64,000 nucleotides of DNA from Rhina ancylostomus (lineage: Eukaryota): positions 29,752,394 through 29,816,393 of the forward strand of contig JARFYF010000012.1 in assembly GCA_030265395.1 (NCBI GenBank). The letters are read 5' to 3'. The notes under the pieces are model-generated. The model had not been told where the DNA came from, made no database searches, and saw only the letters and a list, made by a program, of their open reading frames with translations. A program made the position numbers and the translations under genes. This document shows, piece by piece, positions 25,540-39,510 of this stretch (the first letter of the stretch is position 1; each line of letters begins with the position of its first letter).

Positions 25540-27035
25540 TAAAAATTTACATAGGTAGGCACAGATGGAAAAAAAACTTAGCAAAGGCTAAAGTGGGCCC
25601 TTACAGAGACTGGAAAAATTACATTGAATTATATTAATTAAATAATTAAAACTAAGGATATGGCAGAGAGATTATCTTGTGCTGACCTTCATAAAACACA
25701 AGACAGAGCAACTCTTGGAAATAGCAGATGAGGAATTGAAAGAAAGTAGCAATAACAACAGAAAAAGGTACTGGTAAAATTAACACCAATTATGCAGTTC
25801 AGATCAATGACAGAAAACCAGCAAGTCCTCAGAAACAGATGACCTGCATCCCAAATCAGTTTTAAAGAGAAGTGGCTATGGTCACTGGTGCAGGATCAGT
25901 AGTTGTACTAGTTCACATCNNNNNNNNNNCATCTTGCAAAAAATCTATTGATTTCAAGGTAGCCAATGTAACCCCACTCTGCAAGGAAGGAAGAAGTAAA
26001 CAAAGAATTATACATCAGTTAGCCTGACGTCAGTGGTAGGGCAATTACTGGAAGCTACTATTAAAGAAGTGGTAACCAAACATGACAAAATTAAAAGAAT
26101 AAGGCAGAATCAACATGGATTCACAAAAGGGAAATCATGTTGAGAAATCTGCGAGCATTCTTCAGGTCGTAACTAGCAAGATAAGACGAGGTGGTAGTGG
26201 GTGTGTCATAGTTGTACTTTCCGAAGGCCATCAATTAGAGCTCATTAAAATTAGAGCACATGGGATTGGGAACAATATATTAATTTAGCCAGAGGATGAG
26301 TTAACAGGTCATCTTTGAGTGGGAGGCTGGCAAGTGGGATGCACAGATGTCAATGCTCCCCAACTGCTCACAATCTATATCAATGATCTGTATAAGGGAA
26401 CAAGAATAATGTAGTTTGCTGATGAGACAAAAGCAGGTGGCACAGAGTATGCAAAGAGAAGGCTGGGACATGCTAACAGAATGGGGAAGGTTATGGGAAT
26501 GTAATTGGAAAGATTAGGTCATGGCAAAAAAACTGGAAAAGTGGAATATTTTTCATCTAGTGAAAGGTTAAAAGATTTTGTGTTCACAGGCAGATGGGTG
26601 TCCTTGTAAACTAATCACTGGAAGTTAATGTGCGGGTAGAGCAAAGTATGCTGGCCTTTACTGTGAGAGGATTTGAATCCAAGCGTGAAGATATGATGTT
26701 GCAATTTGAGATGGTAGATGCAAAGATAATGCTTCCCACGGCTGAGGTGTGCAAAGTCAGGGATCAGTCTTAAAATGGAGTCAGCCATTCAGTACTGAAG
26801 ACAGTTCTTCATCCAGAGGGTGGTGGATCTTTGCAATTTTCTACCCAGGAGGGTTGCAGAAACTCAGTCCTCAAGCACGTGTCAGTTAGAGATTGGATAC
26901 TAAGGGTATCGAGGGGTATGGGGTTGGTATAGGAAAGTGGTGGTGTGACAAAAGATCAGCTATGCTTCTATTGAATGATGCAGCAGCAGGAGGAGATGAA
27001 CGGCTTAGACCTGCTGTATTTCTCATGTCCTTATA
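25540..27035 (+). mobile_element. Old CR1-type LINE, RT C-terminal half and 3' end (decayed)
   Basis: Degenerate matches to the same RT motifs as 37168-38635 (caacatggattcacaaaagggaaatcatg = QHGFTKGKS; tttgctgatgagacaaaa = FADETK) and a CR1-type tail. Confidence 0.8.
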
Positions 27036-29999
27036 ATCATGAATGCAAGGATGAGAATAGCAAAAGCTGGCTGTTAGGAACTTATTAACTGATCCAGCCT
27101 ATCAATCATCTGGACATCATGAGCGAGCTAAAGCAAACCCCCCTCCCCCCGCCCCCCAAAAAAAGTGAAGACATTAGGAGGAGCTCACCAGACATTTAAT
27201 CCAGCTACAGAAAATAATCTGGGAGCAGGGTAATAATTTATGACAACTTTCTAATCTCTCATTGCCTAAAGTGTACAATGCCTTCAACACCTTAACTGCA
27301 TTAAAATGGGCAGGGTAGATCCCTGCTGAAGGGACACCTTGTTAATGTGTCAAATGTGGAAAGAGCTTCAGAGAAAATTATTGAAAAATTCACACCACAC
27401 GACTAGTGACCGTCAGTTAATAACAGTCAGTCATTTTTCATTATTAATGTTATTTTGTTTGTTACCTTAGGAGTGCTCATATAGATGTGATACATTTTCT
27501 GATTTCCTCTGATGATTAGGCAATGCAACTACCTTAGTCACATAATATGTATTAGTCCATCATAAAATGATTAGCTCAACCATTAGTGCAATTTGGTATG
27601 GTAGATGTCAGGTGATTCAAATGCAATACAATTTAGGCATTCAATAAGCACTAGATGTGAACAGCAAGCCTCCAGATTCTTCTCTGATGAGCAGTTAAGG
27701 TGAATGGGTTAAAGATCCATCTGGTACCTTTTAATTAATATTCTCCACAATTTTTATGGGTTTACAATCACAGGATTTGTGCATTCCTATAAGCAGTGGG
27801 ATATACTTAGTAATATTCACAGTTAGTTAATCTGCAAAAAAAAAATCACACTTTGTGAATTACAGCAGAATTCTAACACTTCTATTCATTTAAGATACAC
27901 TTTTCAATGTTTTAGAAAGTTACGAGAGGCAATACAAAGGAAATAGAAATGTTAAATTAAAAATGGTTTGACAGTAATTGAATGATTACAAGATACTATT
28001 TGTTAAATGTTAACATCAAATTTTGTTCCATAAAGTAATTGTGTAGATTCTACAAACCTATTAATTATATCAGAATAAATGGGAGGCATATTAAATATTC
28101 TTGCAGATTATTGCAAAAGATTATTTGAATATCACACATATTCAATGCTTAAAAGGTATGATTTTACCATTGTGTAGAAGGAATAATTTTGTTCATTTTA
28201 TAATATGGATGACTAAAATATAGATTGCAGTGGATATTAAAATATTTTCCTTGTTTATCACAGCAAAGCTAGAAAATATTTTGTGAAATCCTATTCTAAT
28301 AAGATATTCACACAATAGCCACAAATGGGAGTCCTGCTGTTCAAAGAACAGAGAGCAGATGCCCTGAAAATGAAAGCAGCCACTTGGAAACTGCATTTCC
28401 TCAGCCACACACATTTCTGCAATCAGCACGATGCTCCAAATCTGCAATATTAATTAGTCACATTTGGCTGAAACATCCACATCAAGAAAAGTTGTCAAGA
28501 ACTCTGACTACATTTTTATCACAAATTCATTTCAAATGGAAGTAATTTCTTAAAACTTTGCTCCATCTACACACAATAGCAAACAGACTGCTCCTTCTCA
28601 GCCTTTATCACCTGGCCCATTTCCTCTGAGTGTTAATCAGGATCAAACATGCAAAATAAAAATTAGACTGATACTTCCAAAATGTCCTAATTAATTACTG
28701 AAATGGCTACCATACCATCTTTCCTGATAAACGGGCTTCAATTAGTTTTGTATCTGGATTAAAATGGAAATTAAAAAAAGTTGTCATATGTAATAAGCTG
28801 GGCAGAGAATTTGTTATATATAAACAAAAGCAGAACAACTTGAAATTATCTGTGTTCCCAGCACTGTATTAGCCATGGTACAAATCACAACACGCAGTAC
28901 CTAGAAGTTCAATCACATAATGCTGCCTTTATTAAGCACCATGCAACTGAAAACTAAATTCCCCACACACCTCACCCGAGTGTGGAACAAGATAATGACC
29001 ATTTCCAGTTTTTTTTAAACAGTCACGCTGAAAAATTCAACCAGATACCTTCAGGCATGAGGCACATTTGGCCAGCAGGAGGGGCACACAGGATAATGTC
29101 ATTCCCCATACAATGCTCCTTTTGGAGCACCATGTTGGAAGTAATACAATGTTTTCCCAGGTGTATCCACTATTGGTCAACTAGGTCTTCCCAAATTACA
29201 CCACACCTCAATTACTATCTTCAAACATAATTCTTGATACCCTACCCCATCACCCTGTGATGTTGCTTCTCGACTCCCAAACACAATGATCCATCCAGAC
29301 CCAAGGCCTTGATCTCCAGCACCACACTTCTACCCATTTCCTCACTGCAGCCCTGCATCCTCAAACACAATCCTGGACTGTCCTCCATGACCTTTAGTCA
29401 ATCATTACCTTTTGCTCAAGCAACACTCCCCACCTTCAGGCATAAGGGAAAAGATCAGATCCTTCCCTTCAGCACCCTCCAACCTTCCACCCTGATTCTT
29501 CCTGCATCCCACTGCACTGAAACCCCAAAGCATAGATTCCAATCTCTCCTTTCCAGCCTACCCACCCAACAAAGAGACTCTTATCCCTCTTCCCAATTTT
29601 AAGCCTTTCAAACCACGGTGCAGACCTGATATGTCTCCTAACCCCAGCATGGGATCAATTCACTCTTCCCCCATCCCCTATCTAAAGCTCGGGTACCAAT
29701 CCCTCTCCATCTCCCCAAACCATCACAACCCCAAGGACCTGGCCTCTTACACTACTTGAGTACACTAGAATTTTTAGACTAGTGTCTCTCTCCCACTGAT
29801 CAGTTGGATATTAAAAATGCTTCTTATCCTCATCTGCAAGATTAATACGAAGTTCTTTTGGAGTACTTAATGCAAAAGTTTTATCAACAAAAGAAAAGAC
29901 CTGACTTTTCCTGAACTAATTAGGTAGAGGTGACAGGAAAACCAAGAGCAAAGTAGAGAACTGTAAAGCAAACAAAATATTGAACTAAATGCAGGATCA

Positions 30000-30780
30000 A
30001 GTAAAAGGTGATTTATCAAAATTATATAACACGCTGTGTACTGGTCACAGCTCAAATACCACATTAGTTCCTGATCACTGAGACGGAGGTGAAATATCTT
30101 GGCAACAGCACAGAGGGGCTTATTATGTTGATCCATCATGCAATGTGATGCAAATTACAGGGAAAGGTCAGTAAAATTTGGACTTTTGATTAAAAATAAT
30201 CTTGGAGGAATGTAGGGCATTAACTTAAATAGAAAATGTTAATGCTAAGCATTATTCAAGTCATTAAGTGTAAGTACAGAGATGAGTATAAACTGAGAAA
30301 GTTGGGAAAAAAACTGGGACAAATGCAAGAAGGAACATGTTCAAGCAGAGAGCAACTAATACATGAAATTGTCTGCCAAGTGGAGTGCAGCACAGCCAAA
30401 AGCTCTGATATCAGAAGGCAGGTAGATGTTAAAATTAGCTTGAGCATGGGAATCATGGAAAAGATCACAGGTTCCCATAGAAGGAAGGCAGGCCAGTAAT
30501 TTCTGAATACAGGTCAAAATTCAGGGGCAATGGATTTAAAGTAATTGGCAGAAGGTATAGAGGACAGATGAGGAAATGTTTTTTTCCCCAACCAGAGGAT
30601 GGTAGGAGTCTAGAATTCACTGCCTAAAAGCATTGAAGATCACATTTAAACAGTACTTCAAAAAGCAGAGACCAGCAGGCCTACGGACTTGATACTGGAA
30701 GGTGAGATTTGGTGGACAGTCTTTATTAATTGTCATGGACTTAATGGGGTGAATGGTCTCCAGTGTCATAAATTTTCTAA
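30000..30780 (+). mobile_element. Highly decayed CR1-type LINE fragment
   Basis: Residual CR1 3' features (ttttttccccaaccagaggatggtaggagtctagaattcactgcct). Confidence 0.5.
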
Positions 30781-30829
30781 ATCATTACATTATTGTTTGT
30801 GTACACAAACATTTTATCTCCTAAAGCAC

Positions 30830-31135
30830 ACAGTCTTTTTCCCAGGGTTATGAAATCAAGAGCTAGAGAGCATAGTTTTAAGGTCAGAGGGAAGAGGTTT
30901 AATAGGAACTTGAGGGGTGACTTTTTCCACCCGGAGGGCGGTGATCAGTATATGGAATGAGCTGCCAGAAGAAGTGGTTGAGGCAGGTACTTGGGCAGAT
31001 ACATGGATAGGAAAATTTGAGAGGAATGTGGGCCAAATGCAGGCAAAATTGGACTAGTTTAGATGGAATCGTGGTGAGCATGGACCAGTTGGGCCAAAGG
31101 GCCCCTTTCTGTGCTATACAACTCTATGATTCTCT
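30830..31135 (+). mobile_element. CR1-type LINE 3' end
   Basis: ctagagagcatagttttaaggtcagaggg...tggaatgagctgccagaagaagtggttgaggc...ttgggccaaagggcccc...actctatgattct, similar to 38330-38635. Confidence 0.85.
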
Positions 31136-31329
31136 ATATGCCTGCAAAATATTCACTATATTTCAAACTAACTAATTTTATATGCAACAGATTTGAAGAT
31201 GTGTGATAAAATATGGCATGTACTAAACAAAGCACTTGGAAAATTAGGTAGCCAAAATTAATCCCCCCCCCCAAAAAAAGCTATTTTAGCCCAGTGTAAG
31301 CAAGCAATACACTCTTCCTCAATAACCGC

Positions 31330-32100
31330 TGCAGGATACCCATCCTCTAACCTGCCACATACATGGCTGGACTAGTTATGATTTTGGTCAATTGTGACCT
31401 CCAGTGTGTTGTTGATGGGGATCTGATGATGGTAATGCCATTAAACATCAAGGAATGTAGTTAGATTTTCCTTTTTGTTGGAGATTGCTAGTAGTTGGCA
31501 ATTATGTGACCTGAATGTTATTTTCCACTTTCAACCCATGCCTGAATGTGTTCTTGGGCTTAATATATACAGCCAGAGACTGCTGCTTTACCTGAGGGGT
31601 CGCAAGTAAAATCAACTGACAAACGTCCCCACTTCTGAAGTGAGGATTTTGGGAAAGTCAATAGTGAAGCTGAAGAACGTTCAGCCCGGGAGATTGCCTC
31701 AAGGAGCCCCTGCCACAATGTCTGGGAGCCAAGGTTATTGGTCAACGGCATCCAGAACCATCTTCCTTTGTGGAAATTGTTTCGAGCCAGTGAGGAGTTT
31801 TCACGATTTCCATTTTTTCCAAACTTTACTAGAGTTCATTAATGCCACACTCAGTCAAATGTTGCTTTAATGCCAAGGGCAATTGCTCTCACTTTACACC
31901 TGGAATGACTCTTCTGTTGATGTTGGGATCGAGGCTGTTGATCCAGGTGTGGAGCTGGACTGCCTCTGGCAAAATTCAGTGACCATTAATGAGCAGCTTA
32001 TTTTGTGAGAAGTACCACAAGTTACCATGGTGAATGATAATCAACAATAACATAATGGCAGTAGATGGATGGGGCTGCAGCTAGTCAGATTGGATGTGTC
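31330..32100 (-). mobile_element. Degenerate LINE remnant (same family as 8090-9130)
   Basis: Colinear similarity with 8380-9020. Confidence 0.5.
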
Positions 32101-32149
32101 ACATTGGATGTTTGCTGAGAATAGGAAGGGATTGGGGCTAGGTAGCCAG

Positions 32150-32510
32150 TTTTGTTTGGATACATTTCTGGATTCAATGTTGTTTGACTATAACTATTCC
32201 AGATAATCTGTCCTTTCTATTAATACCTCCTCCAGATCCATATTGTGCTCCCTTACCTGCTCCATTACCATTTTGGTTTTGTCCAATTAGTTCTTGCATC
32301 ATCTGATCTTATCCACCTTCCACCCTATAACAGCCCTTCCCTTTTGTTCTTTCTTCTCTCACTGCTTTCCCTTACTCTTGTTGAAAAAAGTTTGTATCTT
32401 TAACACGTTCTGATGATAGGTCATTGACCCAAAATGTTAATTCTATTTCTCACGCCACTGATCTCGGCAAATCTATTGGGTATTTCCAGCAAAAACAGTT
32501 TTCATCTCAC
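32150..32510 (+). mobile_element. Penelope-like element terminal fragment with hammerhead-like motif (second subfamily)
   Basis: Pyrimidine-rich lead-in, then GTTCTGATGATAGGTCATTGACCCAAAATGTTAAT and tail ...gggtatttccagca. Confidence 0.65.
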
Positions 32511-33169
32511 ATAAATTACAGAATGGGGAAGGCAGAGAAAAACTAACATCAGATTTCTGTGGCCAGAAGAGCAGAAGACAGAAAAACCCATGTTCAAGGT
32601 CAGTAGGTCAAGAACGTTCATGAGCAAAAGATCAGGTATGGTTATCCGATCCTATTAAAGCTTGGACCTTTATGTTAGCCTAACCAAACCAAGTTATTAA
32701 CCAGTGTGCTGCCAGTGGCAAACCCTTAGTTTATTATTTTCTTTATTCATTAAATGGGGTAAGAATATAACTGAAGAAAGTGAGAATTTGACTGAAATTG
32801 AAACAGTAGGTTCACCTGCTGCCCATAAAATGGGAAAAAAAAAGTTATCTGAACAATCCAAATTTGTCTTGTTCAGAGTGTGTGGGCTGAAGGACTGGGG
32901 AAATGTGCACAAAGATATATGAAAGTCAGTCAAGATTACCTCCGAATTACCTCATCACATAATCAGATGTTGGGCAAGATGAACTCAGTGGATTGGTATT
33001 GGAAATCATCAAGGACATTCTAAAAACTTTGTAACTATTAATATTTAATTCAATTCTGAATTCAATTCAAAAATGCCTACAATCAAAGTTGTTTGAAAGC
33101 ACAATGAACGAAAAAATATTGAGATGCAGCATCATCTTTCCAGGAAATAAGAGAAATTAAGTCTGCATG

Positions 33170-33659
33170 NNNNNNNNNNNNNNNNNNNNNNNNNNNNNNN
33201 NNNNNNNNNNNNNNNNNNNNNNNNNNNNNNNNNNNNNNNNNNNNNNNNNNNNNNNNNNNNNNNNNNNNNNNNNNNNNNNNNNNNNNNNNNNNNNNNNNNN
33301 NNNNNNNNNNNNNNNNNNNNNNNNNNNNNNNNNNNNNNNNNNNNNNNNNNNNNNNNNNNNNNNNNNNNNNNNNNNNNNNNNNNNNNNNNNNNNNNNNNNN
33401 NNNNNNNNNNNNNNNNNNNNNNNNNNNNNNNNNNNNNNNNNNNNNNNNNNNNNNNNNNNNNNNNNNNNNNNNNNNNNNNNNNNNNNNNNNNNNNNNNNNN
33501 NNNNNNNNNNNNNNNNNNNNNNNNNNNNNNNNNNNNNNNNNNNNNNNNNNNNNNNNNNNNNNNNNNNNNNNNNNNNNNNNNNNNNNNNNNNNNNNNNNNN
33601 NNNNNNNNNNNNNNNNNNNNNNNNNNNNNNNNNNNNNNNNNNNNNNNNNNNNNNNNNNN
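33170..33659. other. Assembly gap (largest of several N runs)
   Basis: Run of about 490 N. ORFs spanning it are artefacts. Confidence 1.
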
Positions 33660-34099
33660 ATAGGGAGATAAAGCCAAAATTGAAAGAAAAACAAGCAACT
33701 TAAATAAGCTTTTAAGATTCAACAATTAAAATTTGAAGGAGCAAGCCCCAGTCTTGCAAAAAAAAATTCTGTGGCAAAGGAGACCTTCAGCAGTAATTAA
33801 AATTTGTGCTGTTCAAAATACTACTTTAAACTGGAATAGACAAGCTCTAATATTTTTTGGCATGTTTAATCCATACTTAAGAGACAAGTAAAGGAACTTC
33901 AATTAATTTGAGCTGGGACTCATCGCAGGATGCAATTTTCATGCAATCTGATGTAGAGCAGCATTTCATAGGCGGCAAACTCCAAATTTCTTTACCTGCT
34001 ATTGCCAGAAGTTGTCTTTAGATTTGCATATTAATGGCACCGTGCACCATTAGCCTCGCTTTTGTTTTGGGAGGAAATTCAGTTTATGTGATATGATGG

Positions 34100-34560
34100 A
34101 GGCTTAGACTTAGCAGAATGGAACTAGATTCCCAGGGTTAACTTTTGAGGAGAGATTATATATACTTGGATTGGACTATAGAAGTTAACAATAACATCTT
34201 GAAATTTTCAGTTAAATTAAAGGCAAATGATGAGGTGGATAACAGGAAACTATATTTAAACTGACTGAGAAATTTTTGGAACAGGAAGCATTGTATAAAA
34301 TTGAAAAACAGGCCTTTCATGGAGTGAAGTTAGGAAACTTTCTTTCCTTTTCCAAACTAAAAATGTGGAAGTCTCTTCTGCAAGATACAATTGATCTTAG
34401 GTTAACTGTTCATTTTAAATCCAATATTATCATCAACCAAAAGTATTAAGGGATGATGAGGTATAATGAGTATGTGGAATTGGTTCACAAATATTTCTTT
34501 TTCTTATTGAACAGTAGAAAAGAACTAGGATCTCAAATGACCTACTGTTCACATTCCAGA
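34100..34560 (+). mobile_element. Decayed CR1-type LINE 3' fragment
   Basis: ttttgaggagagatta...gaagttaggaaactttc...ttattgaacagtaga...caaatgacctactg follows the CR1 3' layout. Confidence 0.5.
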
Positions 34561-34888
34561 ATTCATAAAATAGGCCATTTTCTGAACTATTAGAAATTTG
34601 CTAATGCACACGCAAAAAAAGTTTGAGGTCCCAGATTGCAAATTAGCAGTTTTTCATACAACTAAAATATTCCTGCAAGATAACAAACAGATATTCTGAA
34701 ACAGAATTTGTTAACTGAAACTGTTGTACTAATCATCACTAGGATGGAGCATTTACCTATAAGACATTTACCAGCAGATGCAGTAGCGTTGCTCAATTTC
34801 ACTCCTCTGAGATCTCTCCCACATTGATATTGATCACAGTAAAGAGCCTAATATGTCTCCAATGAAGACAACTCAGCATTTCACTTAC

Positions 34889-35070
34889 CCGTTTATCAAT
34901 GTCTCCATGCTGGAGCTGTACAAAGCGAGCACTAATAGCAGCAATGTAGCTCTGCTGATTGGAGAAAGCCACTCTACCAGCACCTTTTGGATACTTCAAC
35001 TCAGGATCTGTATCAATGCCCGCATAGCAGACTCCTCCATACAACCGATCCATGATCATAGCCAGCTCAA
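34889..35070 (-). CDS. CPEB3: CPEB3 coding exon (RRM2)
   Basis: ttccttgcag|TT GAG...CGG|gtaagt, 182 nt. Encodes (V)ELAMIMDRLYGGVCYAGIDTDPELKYPKGAGRVAFSNQQSYIAAISARFVQLQHGDIDKR. Confidence 0.98.
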
Positions 35071-37167
35071 CTGCAAGGAAGAAACAAAAGTCTGTGCTTA
35101 GAGCCACTTTCTCCCCATTACAAAAGTATTATTAAATTAATGCTGTTCTCCCAGTTCAAGTGGACCAACAAATTAATTTATACAATTAAAATTCTCTCAT
35201 TTATTTAATACATTCGCATTTATTACTTTGGTTGAATATTCTCTTCCTGATGTTATAATGATTTTCCTGACTAATAATCAGTCAAAATGTATGCCAGAAT
35301 GAAATTGAAAAGGTGATGCAAAATTGTAAACAACCATTATGTTTTAAAAAATGTTTGTGTGCCCCCAAATAGTTTCATAAAAATTAGTTGAGCACCAGAA
35401 ATTAATGGATTCAAATTCAAGGCATGGGGTTGCTCATCTCAACTTGGGAAGGTTTGTCAGGCCTTAACTTTGCTACTCTGCTGTAATGCAACAAAAGCAC
35501 CATCAACAAAAAGGTCTCAAAGTCCAATTCGTAGTCTTGTTTATTCTGTGCATTTGCCTTCCCTCAGGACACAAGTTCAGCTGGGTCTATGGAAAGGAAA
35601 TAGTGAATGGAAAAAATATTTGGTCGGGAGCTATTACCCACACTATCCAAACAAGTATCCTGAAAAATTGGATCAGTATCAACATGAATAAACTGATGGA
35701 GGTGTCTGCAGGCTAGACTATTTTCTCTAGTTTCCTGAATGACTACAGCACACAAATATTGGTATTTAATGTTTTGAGATTGGGTAACGGAGACCAGAGG
35801 GAAGGGAAAAATTTAAATAAACCCTGGCTAATGATCATTTTCAGTTTGTCAAAACTAAACGTCACTTGCATTTTGCACACATTTATCCTTAAAAGTAAAT
35901 ATTATTGAAGTTAACCTGAAAGTATGCATTTGCACACATGTGCATTGCTTTGAACATTTGGTACAAGGGAAAAATTCTGAAAATTACAAATCGATTATAA
36001 AGAATACTTCTTAAAAAGGATTCACATGAAAGTTATGTGCAAAATTTATATTTCAGCAAATACTAGTACTTTGCTGTGAAATACACTGTACTTTCCATTT
36101 GGAAACCTGTTTCTAAAACTAGCACATTTATTAATTGATTAAACTGATGCATAGGAAAAATATCAGGGTTACTTTGCTGAAAATGGAAAACAAAGATGTT
36201 ATGCGAATCATTATAAATAACTTGTTTACAACAAGATGGCATACTCCCATAAATCAGTTATGTGTTTTTACTAGTGTGCACCTTTTAATCACTGCTACAA
36301 ATAGCAGAATGTGCAATTCTCTGGATCCAAAAACAATCAGTCTACAGGAATCGTTATTTCTCTGCAGAGCAAATTTGGAGTCCATCCAGACTACAGACTA
36401 TTTTTAATGACTTTATGATGGAGTGACTTCTATGGAGTGACACTTGACTTCTATCATCAAATGTCACTGACTATAGAAGTTGGAGTGGCTGTAATCAACA
36501 GTTCATCATTTTCATCTCAGGAACTGATTCTGGGAATCCCAGCATTTCATTCCACCCTAATCTTCCCTCTTCCAGCAACCACAGTGACAAAGTAGGATCC
36601 ACTGTGGTCTGTGCTGCATAAGATTCAGATCCAGAATTAGCACAACTTCTGGGGTTGGATTCCAAAAGCAACAGACTAATTGTGTCTACAAACTACATTC
36701 ATTTTCACATTAGATTTGTCCACGGGTCTTCCAATTTTGGATTGCAAATAAAATTATAATACACTCGAAAATGCAACAGGAACACGCAAAGTACCAACGT
36801 GAAGTCATAATGGGTGGTGTGACTCATTCCTCGATGTTCACACAGAAAATAAACATGTTATCAGCCATGGGTGCTGGACTGTTGCATGGACTCGAAGGGC
36901 CAAAGGGCCTGTTTCCATGCTGTACGGCTCTGCATAATCCCCTTTTAATAATTTCTACATTTTTCCCAGCTACAAACAAGCACTTATGTATTTCAGATTC
37001 AGCTTAGTAAATAGTTACTGAAGGCCCAGTAGTTGCACTTTTATTGTTTCCCTGCTATCTTTTGTTTTCCTTTTCCCTACCATTCCCAAAATTCTCTTCA
37101 TCCCTGCCAAACAAAGAAGTACATTCTGTAAATAAAGATAAAACCTATTAAGTAAAAGTAAGTATCT

Positions 37168-38635
37168 TGTGGAGGTGCTGGAAGACTGGAGCATAGCAAA
37201 CGTTGTGCCTTTATTTACAAAGCACTGCAAGGATAGACCTGGTAATTATAGACCCATTAGCCTAATATCCGTGGTAGGTAAGTTGCTGGAAAGCATTCTG
37301 AGGGACAAGGTATACTAACAATTAGAAAGGCAGGGGTTGATTAGGGGCAGCCAGCATGGCTTCATGTGTGGGTGATCTTGTCTTACAAATTTGATTGAGT
37401 TTTTTGATGAAGTGATGAGGAAGGTTGACAAGGGGAGGGTTTTAGACCTAGTATGTATGGATTTCAGTAAAGCAAGGTTCCGGTGGTAGGCTGTCCTGGA
37501 AGGTTGGATTACAAGGCATCCAAGGAGAGCTAACAAACTGCAAACTGGACACAAAATTGGCTGGATGGTAGGAAACAGAGGGCGATGGTGGAAGGATGTT
37601 TCTCAGACTGGAGGTCGGACAAGTGGTGTGCCCCAGGGGTCAGTGCTGGTCCCATTGTTATTTGTCTTCTATATTAACCATTTGCATGAGAATATATGAG
37701 GAAGAGTTAGTAAGTTTGCAGATGACACCAAAATAGGTGATGTCGTAGAGAGTGAAGAGGAGTATCAAGAATTGCAGCGGGACCTTGATCAGCTGGGTAG
37801 GTGGGCTGAGGAATGGCAAATGGCATTTGATTCAGATAAGTGTGAATTATTATATTTTGGAAGGACAAATCAAGGTAGGACTTTTACACTGCACGGAAGA
37901 GCCCTGGGTACTGCTGTGGAACAGAGAGACTGAGTACGGGTGCATAGTTCCCTTAAAGTGGAGTCACAGGTAGATAGGATGGTTAAGAAGGCTTTTGATA
38001 TGCTGGCGTTCATCAGTCAGGGCACTGAGTATAGGAGTTGGGAGCTTATGTTGCAATTGTACAAGACATTGGTGAGGCCACTCTTGGAGTATTGTCTTCA
38101 GTTCTGGTCACCCTGTTATAGGAAGGATGTGATTAAACTGGAAAGAGTGCAAAAAAAGATTTACAAGGACATTGCCTGGATTTGAGGAACTGAGTTATTG
38201 GGAGAGGTTAGACAGGCTGAGCCTTTACTCCTTGGACCTTAGAAGATGGAGGGGTGATCTCATAGAGGTGTATAAAATCATGAGGGGCATAGATAGTGTG
38301 AGCAGTCTTATTTCCACGGTTGAGGAATCAAAATCTAGAAGACACAGTTTTAAGGTTAGAGGTGAAAGGCTAAAAAAGAATCTGAGAGGCAACTTTTTTT
38401 TTGTTTTACACAGCGGGTGGTAGATATATGGAACCAGCTGCCAGAGGAAGTGGTTGAAGCTGGAACATTAGATACATTTAAGTATGTGGACAGGTACATG
38501 AATGACATGCGTTTAGAGGGATATGGACCAAGTGCTGGGAAATGGGGTTAGTTTGAATATACATTTCAGTCAGCATGGATATTTATGGGCTTAAGGGCCT
38601 TTTCCCGTGCTGTACAGCTCTATGACTATGACTCT
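37168..38635 (+). mobile_element. CR1-type LINE, 5'-truncated RT domain and 3' UTR (frameshifted, inactive)
   Basis: Translates in pieces to EDWSIANVVPLF, PGNYRPISL.SVVGKLLE, SQHGF, SGVPQGSVLGPLLF, FADDTKIG and LYKTLVRPLLEYCLQFWSP (ORFs 37940 and 38172). Ends in a ctatgact repeat tail. Confidence 0.95.
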
Positions 38636-39395
38636 AAGCAGGATAGACAGCATTTTGCACCCTCAGATATTCTTGAGCCAAAATCTTTGCTCCAGCATTT
38701 GTAGAATATCATTCATATTTATTGCTTTAAAATGCAACCCCTCATTATCTTGTGACTGATTTCAGCTCAAGTACGAACAGTACTGGCTCTGATACAAGAA
38801 CAGGATTGCCAGCATGCATGTATAAAATAGAAAATAGCTTTCAGACTCGAAGAATACAACAGGAACTCACAATTCATCCATTGTACAAATCATAGTGAAT
38901 ACAATATTAAAGTTATAAATATGGTAAGTAAACAGTCACTTTTCCAATGAAATTCTCTATTCCCATCAAAATCTAGCAAATAAAATGTGTCTAGTAAATA
39001 CATTCACAAGCAAGAACAACATTATTATCACAAGAGTGGCTGTAAGCTGTTTTGAAGAAAATAAACCTTCATACGAGGCAAGAGAGCTGATGGATCCTTT
39101 AAGGAAACAAATGAATTGTATTTCAGCAGTTCATTTTCATTGAAGAACAAATACTGAATGTGACCAATAGTACAATATCTTTAAGCACTCCTACCTCAGG
39201 CTAGGAAATCCAATATTGGCATTTGTATGTAAACAGGTTCTGAAACAGCTCACCTTATGTCTAGAGGCACCTATATACAGTTGAACTCAACTCTATAAAT
39301 TCTACTTGCACGTGCTCAAACCAGCTTTTGAAAATTGCTTCACATTCTCATTCAACATAATCAGTTTACTGGGCACTCACTTCAACTATACTCAC

Positions 39396-39510
39396 CAGCT
39401 CGGAGAGGTCTGGGTACTCCTCCCACAAAGATAGTCTTCCTTGGGTCCAGAGGCTGAGAACCATCCATCACAAAATCACTGTCACTCAGGTTCCAGGGTC
39501 GAATTTGTAC
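39396..39510 (-). CDS. CPEB3: CPEB3 coding exon (RRM1-RRM2 linker)
   Basis: ttttttaaaag|GTA...GCT G|gtgagt, 115 nt. Encodes VQIRPWNLSDSDFVMDGSQPLDPRKTIFVGGVPRPLRA. Not in the ORF track. Confidence 0.97.

Noticed and set aside
21485-27873. CAGCAGAATTC matches (about 21486 and 27863) to the reverse complement of the 3' end of the mammalian HDV-like CPEB3 ribozyme
   Set aside because: Only about 11 nt match, with no P1/P3 pairing in the flanks. The mammalian ribozyme lies in an intron upstream of all exons in this window.
33083-33725. Longest ORFs in the track (178-203 aa)
   Set aside because: Almost entirely N-derived X residues.
36417-36490. Short repeated and inverted motifs (atggagtgac, gacttctat/atagaagt)
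   Set aside because: Short, imperfect local duplication with no array structure. Not CRISPR-like or clearly pre-miRNA-like.
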